Below, one piece after another: positions 52,996 through 64,000 of a DNA stretch of 64,000 bases (its first letter is position 1; the number at the start of each line of letters is the position of its first letter). Position numbers and translations under genes: made by a program. This DNA comes from Mytilus edulis (taxonomy: Eukaryota). The stretch spans positions 86,118,001 to 86,182,000 of the forward strand of contig NC_092348.1 of NCBI RefSeq assembly GCF_963676685.1, read 5' to 3'. The notes beneath the pieces are model-generated. The model ran no database searches. It was given only the letters and a program-made list of their open reading frames with translations, and was not told where the DNA came from.

Positions 52996-54078
52996 TTGAG
53001 TGAAGTTATTAGTGTTTTGACATGTATTTTTGTTATGTTGGTATCGTTATTTTTCTTAACAGTTATCACATTTATGTATCTCCGCGTTGTTATTTGGTTT
53101 ATTGAAAATTATGTCATGCTAGTATAATGTATATTTATCTACATGTATAGCTGGCGACCAAATATGTATTTGATTCTAAATTGATTGTTATAGTATATAC
53201 TACTGTTTAACAATACAACTTGGTGTACAGCATTCCATCTAGTATCGTCGTTAAATTTAGATATGTTTAATTCAAACCAATGACCTCTGTCATAACAGCT
53301 GCTACTGTTATTATTGACCAAGTTTTTGGGTAGCTGTGTCTTTGTTGTTTACCACACGACACTGTTCCGTTTGTATAGTTGGTATCATATTAATATATTG
53401 CCTTTTCTGACAAATTGGTTTCTTTCTTTTTCGTTTTGAGTTTGAATGTCCCTTTAGTATCTTTCGCCCTCTATTTTGACAGGATTGTGTCCATTTTATT
53501 TGGCGTGCTTTGATTGACCCCTATCGTGTCTTGAAGAACATATCCGTTATTTATATATGGGATTTCTCTTGTACCTATTTGTTATGGTTTTTAATATAAA
53601 GTATTTTCGTAATTGTGTTAAGGCTTTCAAACCTCTTGGCCGCGCCACTACAGTATAGTACCATAGCTTATGACAATATATGTGCATGAGAGAGAGCCGC
53701 AAAATACTAAAAGGACATTCAAACTCATAAGTCGAAAATAAACTATCTATGCCATGAAAACAAAGAACAATATTAAAAGACAAACAAGAATTCATAAAAA
53801 AAAACCCATAGAAAATAAAAGACTGAGCATCACAAACCCAACTGAAAACCGGAGGTGATCTATGTGCTCTGGAAGGGTATGCAGACCCTGCTCCATATGT
53901 GACACTCGTCGTTTTGCTCATACAAACCTGGTGACAGGTCATTAACGGGAGGTCACATGTGTCGAAAATAGGACGGGATTGTGGTAACGACAATCATAAC
54001 ACATCCGTCGTCATCTGTGAAACAGACTTATAACCAGTAAATCTGGTTACAAATATGTATTTTTAATAAATACCGGTA

Positions 54079-54252
54079 CATTCGAACCTGTATATAAAGG
54101 TCATTCACGGGACATTAGCAAACTGACCTTATAAGGAATCGATATTCAAGATGTATATATGTACGTGTACATTTACAGCGGAACAATAAGAGGGTGACCT
54201 GACAACACATGTTTTTGCTAAATAGAGGTGACCTTCAGAGTACGTTTGACTG
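54079..54252. mobile_element. Tc1/mariner-type MITE, degenerate
   Basis: TA|CATTCGAACCTG...GTACGTTTGACTG|TA. Confidence 0.55.
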
Positions 54253-56086
54253 TACTTTTATGAATTCCCACATATTGTACAGTTTTATTTCGTCAATGAC
54301 TTCAATTAGAATTATATTCCATGTTGGTATTTTCTGATTGTTTCATTCAAAGTAAAAAAATTATTTATTATTTTCCATTTTGCATTTTTGGTGGCATTTG
54401 GACTTCTCTGATTTTCGGTAAATTGATGTTAATTCATTATTCCACTTGTTACATAGTAAGTATGACGAAATCACATGTCAAAACAGTTTGGTAAAGAGAT
54501 CTATCAGTCGTTAATTAAAGTATAAAAAACATTCTCCAAGGGCAACTTATACCTTCCCCTTAACACGCACTTCAGAGGGAGTGAACTGGGTCATTTTCAG
54601 TGTAATTCAATGTTAAACAAGAACAAATAAGTTAAAATATTTATTTAACAACATACAACTGTATAACATTTCCTCTATACCTGTAGTCACGTGGTTTATT
54701 ATATATGAATCCATAATTATGCTTCAATGAAAATGGCATCACATATAAACATATTCATGTTTAAATTATAAGTTTTAAATAATTTATTCAAAATAACAAT
54801 AAATAAACAAATAACGATATCATTTTTCAACTACATAAGAGAAAAAAATCAACAACACATAATTATGAAAATTGAGAGTCGAATAATATCGAAACTTCTT
54901 CTCTATGCCTATAACAAATTTAGAAATTTTCTTTCCCTAGTAAACAATTTAAAAAGTATACTTTTGTCGTTTTGTAATACACTTAGATTAGAAGAACGAA
55001 ACATCAGAGTGCAAATTTAACATTTGTATTGTTTGAAAAATTGAAAGTCATTCCTCATATACATTTACAATATAACAAAATACCTGAAGAGAAATACAAT
55101 ATTTTTACCTGAAATCTAAATACGGTCATTTAAAATATAGTCTTCAGAACGAGGCTTCCGCTCTGTTGACATCGTTGATATGCGTACATGATAGTATATA
55201 CTTAATTGAAATAGACTGCATATGTTTGGAAAGTGACCAATAAATGACACATTAATCTTGTTCTTGTTAAACTAGTAATACAGTGTAGTATGTGAATGTC
55301 CGTAAACAAAAACTGAAAGGAATGAAAACAAACATTTATGTGAAACACTGCACTAGAAATCAGTAAGAAAAAAAAGCGGGAACCATATTTAAAAGAAATA
55401 AGGTTGGAAATCTCCAAAATAGAGCAAAATTTTAGAAAATACTTTTATTTTAAATTAATGTTTCAATTTTCCAAATTGATTGATCAAATCAGAAACATTT
55501 GGTCTTTATGGTCACTACCCAAACACATTCAGTTGTTTCATTTCCCTATAATAAATCTGTATAACTGAAAAGTCCAGTTATGAGTCGTTATAATATTTAT
55601 AATTTTTTTTCAATAATAAAACATTTAAGGCACAGATTCTTTGTTCAAGATTGCATTGATAAATGGTGATATATGATATAATGTTTTTTAAATAATGAAA
55701 AAAATACCCGTTATTCAATGACATCACATTGTCGTTGGAGGACAGTCACATTGAAAGAAAACCTCAGCTGTTTGAACACAATCATTTAAAGAGCAAATGC
55801 TCTGCAAATCTCGCTCACAAAACGAGACGTATCAGACCCTCGCTTTAGAACGATATTTCACTATAATCTATACGACTTTGCTTGAGGTATGTTCCGAGGG
55901 ATTTCAACAGACGATAAATAACATATCTGTTCAATAAACAATAAATGGACATACCACATTAAAACGAAAAGTTCAAGTTTGTATACCCGTTTCACCACAC
56001 GAAACATTTGTTTCGTTGTCTTTTGATCTTCTGAATCATTGCAAGTTGCCCGAAAACTTAGACCTCATAGACTGTAGTAGCCATAA

Positions 56087-56241
56087 TTATCGGTCTTGAA
56101 ATTCAACTGGTATATCTTTTTCAAATGTTAGCACCGTCCTTAAGGTTGGCTCGGCGTCAAAGTCTTTTGAAGGTGCGAGCCAGAAGTTTTGAGCCAGCCG
56201 AATAATGGCTAAATACAATTCTTGTTGTGCCATTCTACGCC
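56087..56241 (-). CDS. CYP exon 9 (GRRMAQQELYL...PVEFQDR*)
   Basis: Acceptor tttcag; TAA stop at 56087-56089. Confidence 0.93.
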
Positions 56242-59200
56242 CTGAAATTAAATAATATCACTTACAGATCTGATATTTTTTAAATACAAGGTAACACATT
56301 GAAACTTTATCAAATTACTGCAAATAATTTCTTGAAAAGCGTTATTTTATTCTAATCTTAATACAAAGCGTTACTTTATCGTAATCTTAGAAAGCGTTTT
56401 GTGCGCTAGTACGAATGGTCTTAGTGAAATGAAAAATATATAATACACATGATAAACAAGACATGATCTTTATTATTATTTGGTAATCAATTATAAAATA
56501 CTCACCAGCACAACTTCTAGCACCGAATCCAAAAGGCAAGTTACTGAAAGGATTCCATTTGTTACTATCCCTTTCCCACCTCTCTGGGATAAAATCGTCA
56601 GGATTTACAAATTGAGTTGCATCCCGTGACATGGTAAACGTATTTAATAGGATACAAGTCTGAAATTCAAAAAAAAAAAGAACCATGATTATGTTGAAAA
56701 TGGAGATAAATGAAAAGCTTTTATCAACATAATTTTTACGAAAACATAATATTTCAAAAGAACATTGACTTTCTGCAACACTTTTAACATATGGAAATTT
56801 ACTAACAAAACGAATTTAGAATGCGAATATAAAATACAGATGATTTACTTCCAAAACGAGTTTAGAATGGGAATCTAAAAAGCAAAAACACTTACCCCTT
56901 TGGGTATGAGGTAGCCGCCGATGGTTGTGTCTTCTGTCATGACGCGGGCATTGATAGGTATAACAGGAAATAATCTAAAAGATAATAACAGAACATTGTA
57001 CGTTTGCATTACAATTTTAAACATAATATCAGAACACTATAGCTATAAGTTTGCATTTTCACAATTTGTATAATGCACGAAATTATGAATTACAAGAGAA
57101 AAAGTAAGCAAGTATCTTTTTAATATATATATCTTTTATTTTATTTTATTACGTTGAATGGAATAAGTTTTAATTGTGTCTGATCCTTTTTTGCTTTGAG
57201 TCAATAAAATATGTTTAAACTAATGGAATAAGTTTTGATTTGTCGCTCTTTGATTTGTAACATGAACGGGTAAAACGTTTACCGTGTTCAAAATATTCAT
57301 AGAGGTACTCACCTAAGAGTTTCCTTAACAACTGCTCTTGCATATGTCATGTTCGATAACTCTTCAGCTGTACATATTCTATTCTGAAGAACCGTTTCAA
57401 CTTCTTTAATAAGCTTTTCTTGCACTCTAGGATTTCTGGATAGCAGATATGTTACCATACCCATTGCATTTGCCGACTGAAAAAAAGAATAAATATTTTA
57501 GGTATCAAGTTTATCTTAACCGCAATTTGTTTTTAGAATAACAAATATTTATTGTTGGTAGGCTTTACTATACAGAACTGTCCCATTGTTACTGTTAAAA
57601 CTCCTGACCCTTATACGGTATTTCAAAGTATCATTAAAATGGATATACTAACAAATTTGAACAAAACCTTCAATCTCCGCGGTAGGTGTTTCCATTCTAT
57701 GACAACTAAATAGTATAATACGATTGCTTCAGAACAATTTATTCTTTATGATGTGAGATTATCAGTTAAGATCAGACCGATAGACCACCGCTAATAAAAA
57801 ACCGCAGCCTTTACTACACTCTAACGCTCGACAATAATGATAACATGGGTTGTTAAAGTTTAGTCAATTCTTATGTAAACGTTCATGAAATTTGATTCAA
57901 CATAAACTAACGTGGCACGAGAACAAGTTGATATTTTATTACTGAAAAGATTCTTTATGCTCCATAATTCAACCCCACGCATGCGTGACAGAATATTCGT
58001 TGTACTATTATTTATGTTTATTTTATTATTTGAATACTTCAATAAAACGCTAAGTGAAATATTTCCGGGTGTTATTGACTTTCAAGAAATGTCTTCAAAA
58101 TAAATATACATTAACTTATCGAAAACGCTAATCAAACTAAAGAAATTTCTGACTATATTAAAGGTGTAAAAAAATAGGTACACCATTCGGATTTGAATAT
58201 AAAAACATATCAGTGGAGAGGCGATATTAAAATCGTAATAAAAACCGTAGGAAATTTTAAGAATGGAGTTTTTATCGCAATGAAATGGATACAACAGAAA
58301 GATCAAAGTTTTGATTTTAAAGATAAACATAGTTTTTGTAAACTAAACAACTAAAGGTCAAAGTGCAATACTAACATCATTTAAATTAGTACCATGTAGA
58401 TAAATCTTTGCCGTAAACTTACCGTGTCTAAACCAGCTAACATCAGTTCGGTTGTATTGGCATACACAGCATCTAAAGGCAGGTTTTCATTTCCAAGTAA
58501 GTGTTCCAAGAACGAGGCTTTATTGTCATCTTCGGAACCACTCTGTAATCTCTCATACTTTTCTGTTATATCTGCCAACTTTTTATCTATGTGTTCTCCA
58601 GCTGAAAATAAAAACAATGTTGCCTTAAAAGGACAGAATAAAGTATTAAGTCAAAAAAATTACTTGAAAAATAAAAAAGTATTGAAACAAACTCTATTGC
58701 CTTTGTAAATCTCTATATTTCGTTTGTTTTGTTTGATATAATTTTTTTCCCATAGATATACATACGTTGTGATTTATGACTTACCAACTCTGTATATTGT
58801 ATCCCATGCATCAACGTGAGTTTTCCACGTCTTCGTTCCAAAACGTTTATGAAGTTCTGCAAACACCATTAATTGATGTCCAGTTTTAAACATGTCACCT
58901 ACAGCATCAATGAAAGCTTGATTCTCTGAAGATACGTTCTCATCAAGGCAGCCAAGTCTAGTTTCTAACAATACTGAAGAAATAGCTGAAATTTAAATAC
59001 TAAATTAAGCACAAGTCTTAAAGTAGAGTTTGTAAGATAGAAACTATGTGATGTTTATTTAAATGAAGGAGAATCCATTCTATCACTCATAATTTAGAGT
59101 TTCAAATGACAAATCGTAAACAAATTATGAGTATGTGAGGGATAACAGTGCACAAAGTTCATATTTCGGATAATCTTTTTCTTTACTTTCAAATCCTATT

Positions 59201-62200
59201 GAATATATAATGATTTTAAAACCTGTTTCCTGGACCATATGATATTTGTGTTGTTATTTTCAATCAGTGTCCTTTGGACAGTCTTTGCTGCATCAGGTCA
59301 ATATCAAATTACACAAGGTTAGTTGTACGATAGTTGGGTTCAACATTCCATACTCATTCAACCCTCTAAGGGTTCATGTCTTGACATTGTAATACAATAC
59401 AAAGATATGCCATCAATGAATATTTAAATCTTTTAAATCTGTTCTTGGGGTTCAAACGGGAAACCAACAAAAGACACTTAAGATAAACGATTTAGGTCTT
59501 GAATTGAGATGTAGGCTTATTGTTGTAAGATGTTGTACAAAGTTGATGATTGCTATAATTGCATTTTCACTTATTCTTATTTCCGATAAAAAATTATGGC
59601 AAATATCCTTTTCCAACCTTGTCAATATAACTTTATTTGATTGAAAAGATATAGAATCAGTTGATATTTATTTCTCTGTAGGGGACTTAACAATTGTCTC
59701 CGTATTCTTTTTGTACTGGTAAATAGGACAGATTCATTCATGTAACAAACACTCAATTCATTCATCATTTTTGTTCCTTTTGTCTAACCTATTTATATGG
59801 TAATGTCATTTTAGATTGTGATATTAAGTGATGTTGTCGTAATAGCCACAACAAACTACAATCAACTTCACAAATTGCTTTATTTTTTTAACATATTGTA
59901 TTGGCGAAATATGATGATGATGGTGGTTGCATTGTATAGTAATGGACCCTCTATAAGTCTGCAATGGAAACTGGCAGTGATTATGAGAACTAAAGATGAC
60001 TTACATTCAATTGCCCACTTAGATAATTCGTTTTGAAGATTTGGTACTGCACTGTTTGTTGCATGATTGTCTCGTGTATATTTCAGTCTGTTAACAAAAT
60101 CTGTAACAACTTCGTTCATTACGTCGACATATTGAAGTACGGTCTTTGGTCGTAGCATGTGTTTACCAATGGCGGTGCGACATGTTGACCATTCTTCAGC
60201 ATTTGAACTAAAATTTATTAAAATAAATACATTATATTAGATAAAACGAAAACCAATTTATGTGACCGGCAGTAAGATTGTTTTTCGATATATGATTATT
60301 AAAAAATATATTCTTGGAAATATTTTCTCCTTATATTCTGCCAAAATCTCTCGTGAAGACCCAAACCACTTAGCCTTGTGTATCTGTCATATATCTTTCC
60401 CATATAACAAGAAAATAAACGTAAATCTTTTGTTAGTAACTAATTTTAAGTAATATGTCGTTTAACGGCTGTCTGTGTCATGTCACAGCGTTTTCTGTAT
60501 AAATATACATGTAATTACAACTATGTATATTTAATTGAAAAATGTTTCCTGAATAACCTTTTTTACACTAAGTTCACTATTAAAAGCGAAAAGAAAATCA
60601 AATCAAAATTTTTCAAAAATGAAAAGATAAAAAAAGCCAATAAATAAATGATCACACTTATATGATTATAAAGATTAAAACAATAAAAAAAAACCTTCAA
60701 GTACTCTACACCAGAAAAAAAGACCACTTTTACAATGCATTGAAATCAAGTTGATATTGTTCATCCTTAAGGAAACAGTTATCTCTACTCACACTGTCAT
60801 GAGGCCATTGGCTTGTGTCCTCATTTTCTTGTATATTGTCCAAGAGGGATAAGGTGGTCTGTTTGGAAACTTTCCTTCACTCCGTACAACCTCTTCGACA
60901 AGATTGGGGTCAGCTATAGAAATGTTAGTTACTGGTCCTAATTTTTCTTTGAAAATAGGCCCATACATCTCATGAAATCGTCGCTGTAAGAAAAATATAA
61001 AATGTTATTAATTAAATAAATGTATGTTTTTAGCACATTTAAGTCGTATATAACATGCACGAAACATTAAGTGGACATTAAGCAATCAGCAATCATTTTA
61101 TTATATATTTCGTACGTATTTATTTTTTTACTTAAACTTACAAGTCGTCCTGCTATCAATATAATACATTCTTTTTATTTCATACAGCCAATCGACATTC
61201 CTTTGTAAACGTTTATTTGAAAAAAAAGACTGTTAAAATATTGACAAGCAAATAAAAGTGGCTTATGTTAAACACTTTGATACGTTATTTTATACAACTT
61301 CTGAACTGTGAGTGATAGCATGCACTTTTATAAGAACGGTCTAAACAGTAGTAGCCTTCTGATTACAAGGTTACCCTTTAACAAGCAGTAAATTAACACA
61401 TTATGATAACGTTTATCTGAACAGCTGATTGTGGGTATTAAGTATCGAGACTAAATTACATTTGGTTTCTTGATGTGAAGAATCTGCTAATAAAACAAGT
61501 ACTTTACACAATCTGAGGTCAAGTTATTACTCTTATAATGATTCAAACAATTACGTCGTGGTTAGAGTATTTTTGCCTCAGATTAATGACAGTATACGTA
61601 CTATTCCAATATTATCACATATTTAACAGATGCAAGTAGGTTATCGCAAGTGAAAAAAAATCTCTGCATGTAACTTAACGTCAGAGGTGTTTAACTGTTT
61701 TCCTGATAACACAAGTTTTGATTAATGTAAACGCACTCAATATACGTTGCATTGCTGCCATATTGATGCGTCTAAATCCGGAGAAATCTCAGAAATTCAT
61801 ACAAGTGCAGAAAATCTAGATAGTGTCAGAATAGGTTGTCTTCGATCAATAAGGCGATACTGCTTGGGTTTATTTAGTTAACAATCTTTACCGGTTAAAC
61901 GACCTACACTGTATTCATTGAAATAAAGTGCATTAAGTTTTTTTGTAACTGTTCTCGAAATAAAAATTATGATAATTTGCATCTTAATGTACTGACTATG
62001 AAATCATTTAAACATTTATTTAAATGTATACTAAAATCGTTTCCAAATGCATATTTGTATAATAAAATAGAGATGAATGGATTTTCTAAATATTTTATAT
62101 GTAAATACTTTATATGCCAAATACTCTGAACATCATGGATAGTAATTATACGGTACATTTGGTTTAAATACATGTACATCATCACTAGATTTAGATAGAT

Positions 62201-62995
62201 CGCATATTGAAAAGTAATTCTGTTTTCTTTAACACGATATTGAGGCTGCAGGTGGCTTGATCTCATTTTTCGTATGTTTTCTTTTAACTTCTAGTCGAAA
62301 CAAGTCATTCAATCCCCTTTGAAGTGATAAATTTAGTCAGTACAATAAATCTAGTCAAAATAACATTTTTGAACGCACTACTAAAATAAATCACCGTAAT
62401 TTAAGATATTTAATACAATTTGATAATTTTAACTATGTCAAAATATGTACTTTTCTCTATCATTAGTAGCTTGAGTTTTATACTGAGGCATCTTATACTG
62501 ATTAAAACCCTATATATCATAGAGTAACTACCTTTCTGTACATAAATTTTGTTAAAGTATATTCACCATCACTGGCCCCTTGCCCTATTTTATATTAGCT
62601 CTCAATAATATTTACATGCTTCAACAAAACTGTAAAATGAAATTATTACTGCTTTTAGAGAAGAAGCAGCGGTGTATTGATAATTCAATTATCGTTTTGA
62701 AAGGTAAATAACTAGAAAATAAGATTAAATCGCTTACCTGAACTTTGTGCATTTGTCCTTTATTTTCTCCTTTGAAATATTCCGGTGCAGTGCCAACAAG
62801 TGGGTATCCGTTAGGGCCAGGTAGATCCACCATTGTTTTGGTCATTGGAATATCGTTCATTGATATCGTAGATGATGTTTTAGCGGTAGTCGCTGCATGA
62901 TCAGTTGTTAAAAGTCTCTTTGGTGATTTCTTTGGTGATTTCGATGCAATGTTGGTTGCTGTCGATAACACTCTTTTAACGATATGTTCAGCCAT
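56087..62995 (-). CDS. Mitochondrial-clan cytochrome P450 (CYP27/CYP24/CYP10/CYP49-like), 9 coding exons, 527 aa
   Basis: Manually spliced exons: 62738-62995, 60793-60983, 60005-60207, 58785-58985, 58423-58601, 57313-57476, 56896-56974, 56506-56659, 56087-56241. Total 1584 nt, all GT..AG, phases 0,2,1,1,0,2,0,1. Motifs: basic S/T-rich N-terminus, LPGP, WxxxR (WSTCR), I-helix AGLDT, K-helix VKETLR, PERW, heme motif PFGFGARSCAG, then RRMAQQE (GRRxAxxE, typical of the mitochondrial clan). Family number cannot be assigned without phylogeny. Confidence 0.95.
56506..56659 (-). CDS. CYP exon 8 (TCILLN...FIPERW...PFGFGARSCA)
   Basis: Acceptor tttcag, donor GTGAGT; PERW and heme-ligand Cys. Confidence 0.95.
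56896..56974 (-). CDS. CYP exon 7 (LFPVIPINARV...GGYLIPKG)
   Basis: 79-nt exon; acceptor ttttag, donor GTAAGT. Confidence 0.93.
57313..57476 (-). CDS. CYP exon 6 (SANAMG...LSRNPRVQEKL...VKETLR)
   Basis: Acceptor ttttcag, donor GTGAGT; ExxR motif. Confidence 0.93.
58423..58601 (-). CDS. CYP exon 5 (AGEHIDKKL...ELMLAGLDT)
   Basis: Acceptor ttttcag, donor GTAAGT; I-helix AGxDT. Confidence 0.93.
58785..58985 (-). CDS. CYP exon 4 (SISSVLLETRLGCL...WDTIYRV)
   Basis: Acceptor tttcag, donor GTAAGT; RLGCL motif. Confidence 0.93.
60005..60207 (-). CDS. CYP exon 3 (SNAEEWSTCR...ELSKWAIE)
   Basis: Acceptor ttttag, donor GTAAGT; C-helix WxxxR. Confidence 0.93.
60793..60983 (-). CDS. CYP exon 2 (RRFHEMYGPIFKEKLGP...EGKFPNRP...GLMT)
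   Basis: Acceptor cttacag, donor GTGAGT; YGPIF and EGKxPxR motifs; not in the ORF track. Confidence 0.93.
62738..62995 (-). CDS. CYP exon 1 (MAEHIVKRVLS...LPGPNGYPLVG...MHKVQ)
   Basis: ATG at 62995; donor CAG|GTAAGC; targeting-peptide-like N-terminus and proline hinge. Confidence 0.9.
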
Positions 62996-63769
62996 TGGTA
63001 TGGTTAGTATATGTTTCAGATATTTTTGTCGAATTTTCTTCTAATCGTTACTGTCAGTTTCTAGTACGTATTCATTCCTGAAAGTGAACGAAAAATTCTT
63101 TGAATAATTGTAAAGCTATATCCAGATCACTTATATAAAATATCCAAACGTTACGAAAAATTATAAATATGCTTAGAAGTGAAAATTCAGAAGTCTTATA
63201 CTATTCTTTCCAACCTTAGTACGCCCGCGTCTTGAATAAGAATGAAAGTACTACGTGTATAACCTCGCTTCGAACCCCAAATAGAGTAGGTCACTGCGTA
63301 CGTTCTTTAATAGATTGTTTGCACCAATGTTTGCATTATCTCAAGAAAAAAAAACATAAATTTGTTGAATGAGTAGCTTCTGCATTGTGTGCAACTCATG
63401 ATCACAATAGTTATTTTAAAGTGTTTTCTCTCACAGCTTAAATAAACACAACCGGTAATGCACTCGAATACTATTCTGCTATATCTGGCTAAAAGAAATC
63501 AATTGACTTATTTAATGTCGACTTTCAAGGTTCACATAAAAGTTCAATGTTGACAATACTTAATTAATACTTTAGATCTACCTTCTCGCAATTATATCCA
63601 AGCAACACATGTTTGAAATCAGTTTTTAAGTTTCTTGACTTTATGAAATGACAGAAATATCCTATTTACTTTCGGTAAAATGACATTGATCGGGATATAT
63701 TGTTTATTCCCCAACAGCTGTCGGAGATCTAGAGTTTTATTTCAGTACTAACTTTTACTCTACTGTACT

Positions 63770-63784
63770 GGGTCACAGGGTTCA
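63770..63784 (+). promoter_or_regulatory. DR3 nuclear-receptor response element candidate (GGGTCA-cag-GGTTCA)
   Basis: Two perfect RGKTCA half-sites 3 nt apart, ~0.78 kb upstream of the CYP ATG; function inferred. Confidence 0.45.
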
Positions 63785-64000
63785 ATTGTATAACATAGTA
63801 TTTTTATAGGTTTTAAATCATTAATTTTTATATTTATGCAAGTAGGAAATTGTCTTTATCCTTTTATGTTCTGTAAGAAAGCTGTAATTTCATTCATACT
63901 AACAATGTATATTTTCCTGTTCCTAATACATCGCGTTACTTACAATCGAATAAAAAAAGACCTCGCCAATAAAACTATCATGCTTTCCTTGTACTGAGCT

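Noticed and set aside
52451-53127. Cys/Val-rich ORFs
   Set aside because: Artefact of the GT-rich satellite
1156-55417. Most 60-130 aa ORFs in the track
   Set aside because: They fall within non-coding repeats or AT-rich sequence, often start at non-ATG codons, and show no recognisable domains
63061-63140. CYP TATA box (63131-63137) versus a 5'-UTR splice acceptor (~63078) and uORF MNTY*
   Set aside because: The alternatives cannot be distinguished without transcript data

Overview
This is AT-rich animal genomic DNA. The repeat families suggest a bivalve mollusc, probably Mytilus (inference). There is one well-supported host gene: a 9-exon mitochondrial-clan cytochrome P450 on the minus strand (CDS 62995->56087, 527 aa, all introns GT-AG and in phase), with a perfect DR3 nuclear-receptor element upstream. 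The first ~54 kb is a mosaic of mobile DNA: Penelope-like RT fragments lacking a C-terminal endonuclease, a decayed LINE RT, LINE 3' ends, SINEs, nested Harbinger-, Kolobok- and Tc1-type MITEs, a CAC-terminated element with a 5-bp TSD (Transib/RAG-like signature), and minisatellites. The most notable signal is RNA-structural. About eight copies of a circularly permuted (type-P5) twister-ribozyme fold sit in several non-coding repeat families, with compensatory changes in helices and both pseudoknots; one copy (7250-7340) has an intact core. Two related ~350-bp tandem repeats carry minimal type-I hammerhead motifs (retrozyme-like). All ribozyme calls come from manual folding and are untested.
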